Notes: generated from the sequence alone by a model not told the origin. 53,789 nt of DNA from Limnobacter sp. (GCA_036275655.1 DASUDK010000103.1:1-53789); one strand, 5' to 3'; shown: positions 8,672 to 16,515, counted from the stretch's first letter. Numbers and translations: made by a program.

Positions 8672-8701
8672 ATATTAGTCTACTAATATATAAGGTGTCA
8701 A
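8672..8701 (-). promoter_or_regulatory. Sigma70 promoter with overlapping palindromic operator
   Basis: Minus-strand TTGACA-18-TAATAT; palindrome ATATTAG-tcta-CTAATAT at 8672-8689. Confidence 0.65.
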
Positions 8702-8730
8702 CACTTTTATTTCAACATTGCAAAAGAGCC

Positions 8731-8759
8731 AAAAAAAACCCCGACACTGGGCCGGGGTT
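8731..8759 (-). terminator. Intrinsic terminator ending the ncRNA unit
   Basis: Minus-strand CCCCGG-cccagug-UCGGGG followed by U8. Confidence 0.85.
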
Positions 8760-8791
8760 AAAGTCCATCATTTGGAGGGACGGAGACATAG
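8731..8791 (-). ncRNA. Anti-Shine-Dalgarno sRNA resembling the Betaproteobacteria toxic sRNA family
   Basis: UGUCUCCGUCCCUCC seed, short GUCC/GGAC stem, UUUAA linker and terminator. Family resemblance is recalled, not searched. Confidence 0.55.
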
Positions 8792-9299
8792 TTGATGGTG
8801 GCCGGTGCTGTAATCTTTCCGGCATGCATGACAGGATTTCACTTACCGCTACCCCTACCGTCTCATGCAATGCGGTCTATTTGCGAATCAGCCTTCGCGT
8901 TCACCATCAAGCAGTGGGGCAGATTCATGAATCTGCTGGCCGTCAGCATTGCCTTCGGTTGGTCCCTTGCGTTCCGGATTATTGGTCCGGTGCACTCCCA
9001 CTTCTTGATGGTGCTTGTCTTTCCAAGCTGTCAGATGGCCCCCGCGTCCGGGCTGGTTTACACCGCAGGCTTGCGCCCCATCCATCACGTCATAAAGTCT
9101 GCCCCTGCTTTGATGGCACCGCAGAGCGGTACAGGGTAAGGCGATCCAGACTTTATGCGTCATGGGGCTCCTTACGGGAGCCACTCGACCCAATCACCTG
9201 GGCATTTTTTTACAAGGAGCGCCAGACTTGGGCAGGTTCCGTTTACCCACGGTTTCCTCGGGCAATGAATAACGCGAAAAACCAAGCAACTGCATGCAA

Positions 9300-9320
9300 A
9301 GTATAACCCGCAAACGGGAA
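9300..9320 (-). promoter_or_regulatory. Leftward promoter (-10 TATACT) overlapped by a phage operator
   Basis: Minus-strand CCCGTTTGCGGGTTATACT, nearly identical to CCCGTTTGTGGGTTA in the control region (411-425). The -35 is poor. Confidence 0.6.
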
Positions 9321-9327
9321 AAGTGTG

Positions 9328-9347
9328 CGTTAGAAGCATGGCACACT
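9328..9347 (+). promoter_or_regulatory. Putative late promoter motif (portal operon)
   Basis: CGTTAGAAGCATGGCACACT fits consensus CG-N4-A-N2-CATGRCAYNCT. Confidence 0.6.
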
Positions 9348-9372
9348 GCTCGCATCACACTCGGGGGACCGC

Positions 9373-9789
9373 ATGGGCTTGTCAATTGATTTAAAAAACT
9401 GCCATCTACAGCGCCAGCACGGGGACATTGTTGCGCTTTACACATGGATGAACGAAGAAAGATGCCTTGTGCTCATCCCCGCGTACCGCAAAAACTCCGC
9501 GTGGTACGTCATTATGGATTCGGCGGCATACAAGTACGATGACCCTGCTTACCTGGCAACCCAGTGCGCAAAAGCCTGCGAGGTGCTGGGCATGGAACCG
9601 TCGCAACTCAACTGGGTACGTCTAGCAACAATCATTCATGAGGGTTTGCCCGACCTGGTTTCAATGCCATCGGCCCCACCCAAGGAGTTCCACCGCCGGT
9701 CGTTCGGTGAAATGCATGCACGAGCCAATGGTGAGATTATTGGCAGTGATTTGATCCGGGTCGAGAAAGAGGGCGCAAGCTATGGCTAA
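9373..9789 (+). CDS. Hypothetical protein upstream of the portal
   Basis: 138-aa ORF with GGGGGA SD; overlaps the portal start. Confidence 0.8.
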   Translation: MGLSIDLKNCHLQRQHGDIVALYTWMNEERCLVLIPAYRKNSAWYVIMDSAAYKYDDPAYLATQCAKACEVLGMEPSQLNWVRLATIIHEGLPDLVSMPSAPPKEFHRRSFGEMHARANGEIIGSDLIRVEKEGASYG

Positions 9790-12337
9790 TGTGTTTGACG
9801 ATGTGCGCTACATTCGCAATCGCGCCAAAGGCGACAATGTGTTGCTGCCCGGTGAGGCGCGGGCATTGCAGCCCGCTCAATCGGCCCATCCGCTGGACTC
9901 GGAGGAAAATCGCAAGCTGTTGCGCAAGCTCTTGGAGTGGTATTACTACGAGCGCGAAAAGCAAGCGCCGTGGCGCATGGAAATGGCCATGGATTGCGAC
10001 TTTTACGATGGCATTCAATGGTCGCAAGATGATGCGCTGGAAGTGGCATCCAGGGGCCAAATGCCTTTGGTGTACAACGAAATCGCTCCGATGGTCGATT
10101 GGCTGATTGGCACAGAGCGTCGAAACCGGCCAGACTGGAACGTTTTGCCCAGGTCCGATGATGATGTGGTCGCTGCAGGCGTCAAAACCAAGGTGCTCAA
10201 GTATTTGTCGGACGTCAATAAGGTGCCGTTTTCCCGCAGCCGCGCGTTTGCAGACGCAATCAAAGCCGGTATTGGCTGGCTGGACACGGGTGTGCGGGAT
10301 GATCCAACCAAGGAAACCGTGTACCACGGCACCGAGCGCTGGCGCAATGTGCTGCACGACTCATCGAGCGATCTGCTTGATTACAGTGACGCACGGTATC
10401 TTTTCCGCTGGCGCTGGGTGGATGAAGACATTGCAATCATGATGTTCCCGGATCGGCGCGACGTGATCGAAGCCGCCGTGCAGGACTATCAGCACCAAGG
10501 CTCTTTTGAGGGTTTTGACGACGATGAGTGGCAATCGGGGTATGAGGCCACCAATGGAGCGGTACTCACCGGGCGCGGTGGGCAACTGTTTGCCTCGGGT
10601 TCGGCGTCGGTGGACGCCCGGCGCAGGCGCGTCAAGCTGATTGAGTGCCAATACAAGATGCCAGTGCGCACCAAGATCGTGGCAGGCGGCCCACTCAAAG
10701 GCCTGTATTTTGACGAGCGCGACGAGGCGTTGGTCCAGGCGGTGGTGCGATCCGGCGCGGGAATCATTGATCGAGTGACGATGCGCATGCATGTCGCCGT
10801 GTTCACGGAGTCTCATCTACTGAGCAATGGTCCCAGCATTTTCCGGCACAACGATTTTTCGCTGACGCCCATCTTTTGCTATCGACGCGACAAAGACCGT
10901 GCCCCGTACGGTGTGATTCGGCGCGGGCGAGACATACAGCAAGACTTGAACAAGCGGGCATCCAAGGCGCTTTTCTTGCTCAACACCAATCAAATGCTGT
11001 ATGAAAAAAATGCGATTGACGATGTGCACCGCACGCGTGACGAGGTGGACCGGCCTGATGGCAACATCGAAGTAAAAAATTTGGATAAATTTACTATACG
11101 GCGCGACACGGAAATGGCCACAGGTCAAATCCAAATGATGCAGATGGCCGCCGCTTCAATTCAAAAAACGGCAGGCGTGACTGATGAAAACCTGGGCAGG
11201 CGCACAAACGCGGTGTCGGGCCGGGCAATTGAAGCCAGGCAGACCCAGGGTTCCGTTGTCACAACAGAGCCCTTTGACAATCTGCTGCTGGCCACGCAAG
11301 TGGACGGTCAAAAACTGTTGTCGGTGGCCGAACAATTCATGACCGAAGAGCGTGTAATCCGGCTTACCGGCGAGAAAAACAAGATTGAATGGGTCAAAAT
11401 CAATCAGCCGGTCCAAGACCCGGATGGCACCATCCGCTACCTGAATGACATGAGTGGCAGCGCTGCGGATTTTATTGTTGCAGAGCGTGATTATGCAGGC
11501 AGCCTGCGTCAAGTCATGTTTGACAGCATCAACGCACTGGCGCAGCGAACGGACCCAGTCCTGGCGATGAAGCTCATGATTATCGCCATGGATTACTCTG
11601 ACTTGCCCAACAAAGACGAAATTGTGGCCGAAATGCGCCGTTCAATGGGCATTCCGGACCCCAATGGCCCGCAAACCGATGAAGAGGCGCAGCAGCAAGA
11701 GCAGGCGCGCATGATGCAGCTTGAGCAAATCGAAAATCAGCGCATGCAGGCCCGGCAAGCCATGGAAGAGCAGCAAGCCAAGATCGACAAAATTCGCGCC
11801 GAAACCCAAGAAATCATGCGCCGGGCGGCACAAAACGGCAACACGCAGGCCGATCAGGCCATGCTTGATATGCACCGCAAGATGGCCGACGAAATTGAAA
11901 AGGTGTCATCAGAGCTCAGAAAGGCCCAGGTGGAGCTCGCAAACCGCACACTGGAAATCAAGTCAAAGTCAGACACCGATGTGCGTGTGGCGCAAATCAA
12001 TGCGGACAGTCGGGAAATGGTGGCGCAAATCCAGCAGCAGTCCGATGCCCGACTGAAAAAGATGGAGGAAACCGTCAACGCCATGCTTCAGCGCAGCGAG
12101 CAGGCGGCGCAAATCACGGCTCAAGCAAGTCCCGCGCCTGCGGAAAACACAGCGCCGGTGCCGCCAATCAATGTCAATGTGCAGGTGCAGATGCCCAAAG
12201 CGGGCTCCAAGCAAGTGCAAATCCGCAAAAACAACGATGGCACCCTTACGGGTGAGGTGGTTTCCGGTGAAGATGGTGTTGAGCAGGATAATAATGGGCC
12301 TGACAACAATTCCGCGCAGTCCGGGGGTGAGCAATGA
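9782..12337 (+). CDS. Portal protein (P22-like) with long C-terminal coiled coil
   Basis: DFYDGIQW...RGQMPLVYNEI...IGTE; PYGVIR...QQDLNKR; SGRAIEARQ; Gln-rich C-terminal barrel. Confidence 0.93.
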   Translation: MANVFDDVRYIRNRAKGDNVLLPGEARALQPAQSAHPLDSEENRKLLRKLLEWYYYEREKQAPWRMEMAMDCDFYDGIQWSQDDALEVASRGQMPLVYNEIAPMVDWLIGTERRNRPDWNVLPRSDDDVVAAGVKTKVLKYLSDVNKVPFSRSRAFADAIKAGIGWLDTGVRDDPTKETVYHGTERWRNVLHDSSSDLLDYSDARYLFRWRWVDEDIAIMMFPDRRDVIEAAVQDYQHQGSFEGFDDDEWQSGYEATNGAVLTGRGGQLFASGSASVDARRRRVKLIECQYKMPVRTKIVAGGPLKGLYFDERDEALVQAVVRSGAGIIDRVTMRMHVAVFTESHLLSNGPSIFRHNDFSLTPIFCYRRDKDRAPYGVIRRGRDIQQDLNKRASKALFLLNTNQMLYEKNAIDDVHRTRDEVDRPDGNIEVKNLDKFTIRRDTEMATGQIQMMQMAAASIQKTAGVTDENLGRRTNAVSGRAIEARQTQGSVVTTEPFDNLLLATQVDGQKLLSVAEQFMTEERVIRLTGEKNKIEWVKINQPVQDPDGTIRYLNDMSGSAADFIVAERDYAGSLRQVMFDSINALAQRTDPVLAMKLMIIAMDYSDLPNKDEIVAEMRRSMGIPDPNGPQTDEEAQQQEQARMMQLEQIENQRMQARQAMEEQQAKIDKIRAETQEIMRRAAQNGNTQADQAMLDMHRKMADEIEKVSSELRKAQVELANRTLEIKSKSDTDVRVAQINADSREMVAQIQQQSDARLKKMEETVNAMLQRSEQAAQITAQASPAPAENTAPVPPINVNVQVQMPKAGSKQVQIRKNNDGTLTGEVVSGEDGVEQDNNGPDNNSAQSGGEQ

Positions 12338-12786
12338 TCGGTAGTCCAATCACAGACTTGGGCACTGATGGCGCAACACCGCCTAGTATCGCTGGCACTG
12401 GCGTGCGCGGTTGGCTGCGTGCGATTTACGAAAAACTTACGGGTGGCGTGACGGTTGGCAACGCAGGGGTGTCAACAAAGGCCATCAACACATCAACGGC
12501 TGGCAACACCGTGGTCGTCACGCCTTCCAGCGGTAAAGCCGTTCGATTGTGGTGGTACAACATTACCGCTGATGCAGACAACACGGCAAAAGTAGTCTCT
12601 GGCCTGCGCTTTGGTGCTGCTGGCGCATTCATTTATCGCTCAAGCCTTTCCAAATACGGCCAAGGTACAGCGCACAGTTTTAAATCGGGTAATAGTTACG
12701 TTCAGGGTGCCGTTGACGAAGCCCTTTTTGTAAATTTGGATGTAGCTCAATTGGTATACGTCAACATTGATTACGAAGAGGTGTAA
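12334..12786 (+). CDS. Hypothetical, probably virion-associated beta-rich protein
   Basis: ATGA-coupled to the portal; Gly/Thr/Val-rich. Confidence 0.65.
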   Translation: MIGSPITDLGTDGATPPSIAGTGVRGWLRAIYEKLTGGVTVGNAGVSTKAINTSTAGNTVVVTPSSGKAVRLWWYNITADADNTAKVVSGLRFGAAGAFIYRSSLSKYGQGTAHSFKSGNSYVQGAVDEALFVNLDVAQLVYVNIDYEEV

Positions 12787-12788
12787 CT

Positions 12789-13244
12789 ATGTCAAAGTCA
12801 AACACGTTTGAAACGGAGTTGCTTCAACTGATTTTTCAAAATACCGGCATTGCCAACATCGGTGATGCAACGGGCCTGCGCGGCTCAACGGCTGCTGGTT
12901 TGCTGTACATTGCTCTGCACACCGCCGACCCAGGCGAGGCCGGTACAGCAACAACCAGCGAAATCAGCTACACCGGCTACGCTCGTCAAGGACTTGCCCG
13001 AAACAGCGCGAATTTTCCCGTCTCGGCAGGCGTGATGAGCCTTGGTGTGAACGTCGATTTTCCAGAAATGACGGGCGGTACTGGCGGAACAGTTACGCAT
13101 TGGAGTGTGGTCAAAGAGGTGAGCGGCGCGTCAGTCATCTTGTACAGTGGAACGGTGACACCAAATCAGATCATTGCCACAGGCGTTATTCCACGGCTGA
13201 AGGGTACGCCAAGCGGAACACCATCGACTGTGACTGAAGATTAA
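12789..13244 (+). CDS. Putative virion fibre/structural subunit
   Basis: LYIALHTADPGE...EISYTGYARQ...VDFP, a recurrent phage structural family pattern. Confidence 0.7.
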   Translation: MSKSNTFETELLQLIFQNTGIANIGDATGLRGSTAAGLLYIALHTADPGEAGTATTSEISYTGYARQGLARNSANFPVSAGVMSLGVNVDFPEMTGGTGGTVTHWSVVKEVSGASVILYSGTVTPNQIIATGVIPRLKGTPSGTPSTVTED

Positions 13245-13253
13245 GGTTTTGCC

Positions 13254-14237
13254 ATGGCCACACGTGCCGACATACTTTATCTCTCGGCAACCGACCAAGA
13301 TCAGACTTGGGGCACCGACGTTCGAAAGCTCGCTGAAACAGCGCAGGCTTTGAACAGCACAACGATTTGCAGTCATCCGAACTCTGCCGGTACCACATCA
13401 ATCACGCTCGATCCGCTGACGACCAGCACCACGCAAAGCGATATTCGCGACGCACTGGGCTGGGCTGTCAACGAGCAGGGTGCCGACGGAATGGAGTCCA
13501 CATCGACTCGCAAGCGTCGCATTCGGGCTGGCGACTGGGTCTTCACAATGCGGCTTGGGCTGCCCACGGCTGGCACTGCCACAGGTACGCTGACTGGCAG
13601 CTTTTCTGCGCGTGTTTACCGTGTCGGTCCATCGCCCACATTTACTCGAACGCTGCTGTTTACAACAGGCGATTCAACGACCGTTCAATCAACGGGCCTG
13701 GCTGCGGCTACGGGCACTTGTACAGTGACGCAAACCGGGGTGTCTGAAATCGTGCTTGAAGCTGGCGAGACAATTCACGTGGGTTTTCTGAGCAAGGTTG
13801 TCCAGGTTGCCGGTTTGCTCGGCGCTACGGTGGCAGGCATTGCAACTTGGCACATTGGCACTCAAGGCGGCGTAGACCCCTCTGTGAATCCGCCAGCAAT
13901 TGACACGATCACTGAAATGGTCGGCAGTGCGACCGGGCTTGGCACCGCTGCGGCGTCAGCGGCCCAGGTCAAACCGACTGTGGCCAGTGCGACCGGGCTT
14001 GGCACCGCGCAGGGGGTGTTAGGATCAATTGCCAGCACCGTTGGGGCGGCAACCGGTGTTGGCGTTGCGGCAGGCACTTTAGCGGCTGTTAAAGAGTTTG
14101 CTGGGGCAGCGCAAGGGGTTGGTATAGCCGACGGTAAAATGGCCAAGGTGGCGGGTTTTACAGGCACTGTGGACATTGGTGGCGGTGGAAGTGGTGGCAC
14201 AACGATCATTGCGCCCGTCTTCGGTGTGTTTGATTGA
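13254..14237 (+). CDS. Putative virion protein with C-terminal 20-aa repeats
   Basis: SATGLGTA-type repeats at 60-nt period (about 13920-14170). Confidence 0.7.
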   Translation: MATRADILYLSATDQDQTWGTDVRKLAETAQALNSTTICSHPNSAGTTSITLDPLTTSTTQSDIRDALGWAVNEQGADGMESTSTRKRRIRAGDWVFTMRLGLPTAGTATGTLTGSFSARVYRVGPSPTFTRTLLFTTGDSTTVQSTGLAAATGTCTVTQTGVSEIVLEAGETIHVGFLSKVVQVAGLLGATVAGIATWHIGTQGGVDPSVNPPAIDTITEMVGSATGLGTAAASAAQVKPTVASATGLGTAQGVLGSIASTVGAATGVGVAAGTLAAVKEFAGAAQGVGIADGKMAKVAGFTGTVDIGGGGSGGTTIIAPVFGVFD

Positions 14238-14305
14238 CATTTGCGGGTGTTGGCGCAACAATGTTTCACAATCAAATACCCGGAGTCATGGCCATGGAAG
14301 TGCAA

Positions 14306-14467
14306 ATGAGCGCGCACATCGTTGTGGTGTGCCAATCCCTGACAGACTTTAACGCATTGATTAATAAGGTTCAAACTGGGGCAATTACCGGTGCCGTTAT
14401 GACCGCCCAAAACGAGGGGCAATTGAGTGTTGAATTTGACACTCAAACCTTGGCCACCATCAACTGA
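14306..14467 (+). CDS. Small hypothetical protein (start uncertain)
   Basis: Open frame 14234-14467 with several possible starts. Confidence 0.45.
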   Translation: MSAHIVVVCQSLTDFNALINKVQTGAITGAVMTAQNEGQLSVEFDTQTLATIN

Positions 14468-14516
14468 CTGTAAAATTTGGTCAATAGCAAGCCGTAACAC
14501 TTGAGGCGATGCGACA

Positions 14517-15176
14517 ATGCTCTATCAACGACGCAGAAACGAGAGTATCAACATGGTGGCACTCATGGCCGCATTGCGCGAAATTGACCGGCATGAATCT
14601 GATGCAAAAACTCTGTCGGTGGAAAACTACAAAATTGAACCCGTGAAATTTTCCAGCGATTTGCCGTTCTCGCGCTACACCTATTTCAATCCAGACGAGT
14701 ATTTTCAGCACCTACCCAACCCATCGCCAGTGTTGGCCGAGAAAATCCACGCCATCATTGCATCGACGCACAGCACCCTTGCCAAATGCATTGCACAGTT
14801 TTGCCAGGAATTTGGCGAGCCACCGGCGCTGCAATCGCCTTTGTCACCCGAGGTTGTTTCGGAAGTCCAAAGAATTTTGGAAGGCGCACCGTCCGAAGCA
14901 TTTTACAATTCGCAACAGCGTCAAATGGATGTGGATTTTCAAGGCGGCACTGTGTTTGTGGATTCTGGCCCATTGGATTTGCCAGATTTGGTGATTGATC
15001 CCCGCGATGGGGGCAATTATCACAGCGAAAATGCGGTGTTGCAGTCAATTCTTGATTCCGTGCAAACGCTCCAAGATTGGGTGCCAACGCCGATACAAAG
15101 CATGGCCACCGACACGTACAATGGATTGACCACGGAGCCGGGGAATGCCGCAAATCAACAACAAGGAGCTGGCTGA
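14517..15176 (+). CDS. Hypothetical protein
   Basis: 219-aa ORF in the late-strand orientation; no recognised motif. Confidence 0.6.
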   Translation: MLYQRRRNESINMVALMAALREIDRHESDAKTLSVENYKIEPVKFSSDLPFSRYTYFNPDEYFQHLPNPSPVLAEKIHAIIASTHSTLAKCIAQFCQEFGEPPALQSPLSPEVVSEVQRILEGAPSEAFYNSQQRQMDVDFQGGTVFVDSGPLDLPDLVIDPRDGGNYHSENAVLQSILDSVQTLQDWVPTPIQSMATDTYNGLTTEPGNAANQQQGAG

Positions 15177-15531
15177 TTACAAAATTGAGCAGTTGTCCAA
15201 ACAACTGGATCAGTTGAACGCAGACGTAAAGCAAAACTCCGAAGAGTACAAGCACCAACTGGCCGACCTGCGCAAGGAAATCAAAGAGGATGTGGTGGCC
15301 ATCCATGAAAAAATCAACAAGACCGCAGAGCAGTTACCAAAAATGGTGCTGCTGGATCAAAAAATCAACGAAGTGGCCAAGCATTCAGATAGCCTGGATC
15401 AGCGCACCAAGGATTATGATGTAATCAAACAGCAGGCCACTCGCGCCGATGTGGCGGTGTCCCGTGTGGGCTGGGCCTTGGCTTTTGCCATCTTGGCCGC
15501 CGTGCTGGGCGTGCTGGGGCTCAAATCGTGA
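15145..15531 (+). CDS. Coiled-coil protein with C-terminal transmembrane helix
   Basis: Heptad-rich body ending in VGWALAFAILAAVLGVLGL. Confidence 0.7.
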   Translation: MPQINNKELADYKIEQLSKQLDQLNADVKQNSEEYKHQLADLRKEIKEDVVAIHEKINKTAEQLPKMVLLDQKINEVAKHSDSLDQRTKDYDVIKQQATRADVAVSRVGWALAFAILAAVLGVLGLKS

Positions 15532-15548
15532 TGTTTGCTTGTGCATCC

Positions 15549-15568
15549 CGCTCGACACATGACACACT
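15549..15568 (+). promoter_or_regulatory. Putative late promoter motif, possibly giving a leaderless mRNA
   Basis: CGCTCGACACATGACACACT; ATG follows 6 nt later with no SD. Confidence 0.5.
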
Positions 15569-15574
15569 TTGCCC

Positions 15575-15961
15575 ATGGCCAATGAACTGAACTTTTATTC
15601 AACGACTCCCGGAGCCACGCTGACGGCGCGCTTGATTCGCGCTGGGGCGGTGGTGGCCTCGGGCATTGCCCTTGCCGAAGGCCCGGCTGGCTTTTATCGG
15701 GGTACGGTGCCAACAAACACACCCAGGGGGGTTTATGTTGCTTGTGCTGTTGACGCTTTGGGTCAGGTGCTTTCAATTGGCGAATTGGCTTGGGCAGGGG
15801 ATCGCGAGCTTGATCCGTTGAGCCTGGATGATTTGCACTTGATACACGGCCTGCGCATGGGTGCCAATTTGGTGGTGTCCAAAACATCGCGCACAGCCGG
15901 AGCCATTCAGCAGTCATTGTCCGAGGTGTCCGAAGTGGTCACGGTGCAGAGGACTGCATAA
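15575..15961 (+). CDS. Hypothetical Ig-like/beta-rich virion protein
   Basis: GFYRGTVP...GVYV beta pattern; stop overlaps the next start. Confidence 0.65.
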   Translation: MANELNFYSTTPGATLTARLIRAGAVVASGIALAEGPAGFYRGTVPTNTPRGVYVACAVDALGQVLSIGELAWAGDRELDPLSLDDLHLIHGLRMGANLVVSKTSRTAGAIQQSLSEVSEVVTVQRTA

Positions 15962-16497
15962 TGATTTTGACCATTGTTCCTTTTCATGTGGCAGTGCAGG
16001 GGGCAGGGTTTCGGCTTAACCCGCTAACCACTGCCATCCAGGGTTTTTTGTACCCCAAGGAGGATGAGCCCGGCAATGTATTTGGGTCTGGCGGCAAGTT
16101 TGCCAAGGGTGGCAAAACCCGGGCAAAGTACCGCAACATTGCCCAAGCGCAACCCAGCACCCCAAATGACGACGCGGCACTGATTCAGCAGGTAATCGAC
16201 AAGTACGATTATTTGGAAGGGCTCAAGCAGGTCCGCGCTTTGCTGGATCAGGCCAAAGAGCAGGCCATTCTTGATGATCCCGCACCAGAACAGCCTGCAG
16301 CGCTGGAAGAAACCCCGGAAATTGACATTTCCCTGGCCGATGTGGACCTTGGCGCCATTGCGATGCCTGGGGTGTTGCTGCCACAAAAACAAGCCTTGCT
16401 GGATTTGCCCGCCAATTTGAGCGCGCCACCGGCCATACCAACCAATCAAGATGCCGACATGGAAGTGTTGGCGCTTTTGATGCTGCTTGACGATTGA
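15961..16497 (+). CDS. Hypothetical protein
   Basis: 178-aa coupled ORF ending in DADMEVLALLMLL. Confidence 0.65.
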   Translation: MILTIVPFHVAVQGAGFRLNPLTTAIQGFLYPKEDEPGNVFGSGGKFAKGGKTRAKYRNIAQAQPSTPNDDAALIQQVIDKYDYLEGLKQVRALLDQAKEQAILDDPAPEQPAALEETPEIDISLADVDLGAIAMPGVLLPQKQALLDLPANLSAPPAIPTNQDADMEVLALLMLLDD

Positions 16498-16515
16498 TTC
16501 ACAAAGGAGATGTGC

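Larger units (their letters stand above)
8731..9293 (-). ncRNA. Putative multi-module structured ncRNA (tRNA-like cloverleaves plus anti-SD sRNA)
   Basis: No credible CDS; bounded by a -10 box and a terminator. Self-closing modules at 9157-9091, 9087-9006, 9002-8913 and 8910-8792, with GNRA loops on the minus strand. The 5' end is estimated from the -10 box. Confidence 0.7.

Noticed and set aside
8830-8860. Resemblance of GUAGCGGUAAGUGAAAUCCUG to the 16S rRNA 690 loop
   Set aside because: The match is short and gapped, so chance cannot be excluded.
8792-9087. Canonical tRNA genes or C4/CI antisense RNA
   Set aside because: There are no proper anticodon arms or canonical T loops. I found no ash/icd-ant context or matching target repeats.
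8765-9116. CRISPR or TIGR-like array based on recurring TGATGG/CCATCA
   Set aside because: The repeats are only 6-9 nt, inverted and irregularly spaced, and they serve as stem strands. No Cas or Nop-domain gene was recognised.
9184-9270. Self-cleaving ribozyme (HDV-like, twister or hammerhead)
   Set aside because: I could not build a complete catalytic core on either strand.
8617-9445. ORFs 8617-9306 (+), 8792-9139 (+), 8888-9193 (-) and 9194-9445 (-)
   Set aside because: They overlap each other, lack convincing SDs or protein motifs, and cross promoter or terminator signals. RNA structure explains the region better.
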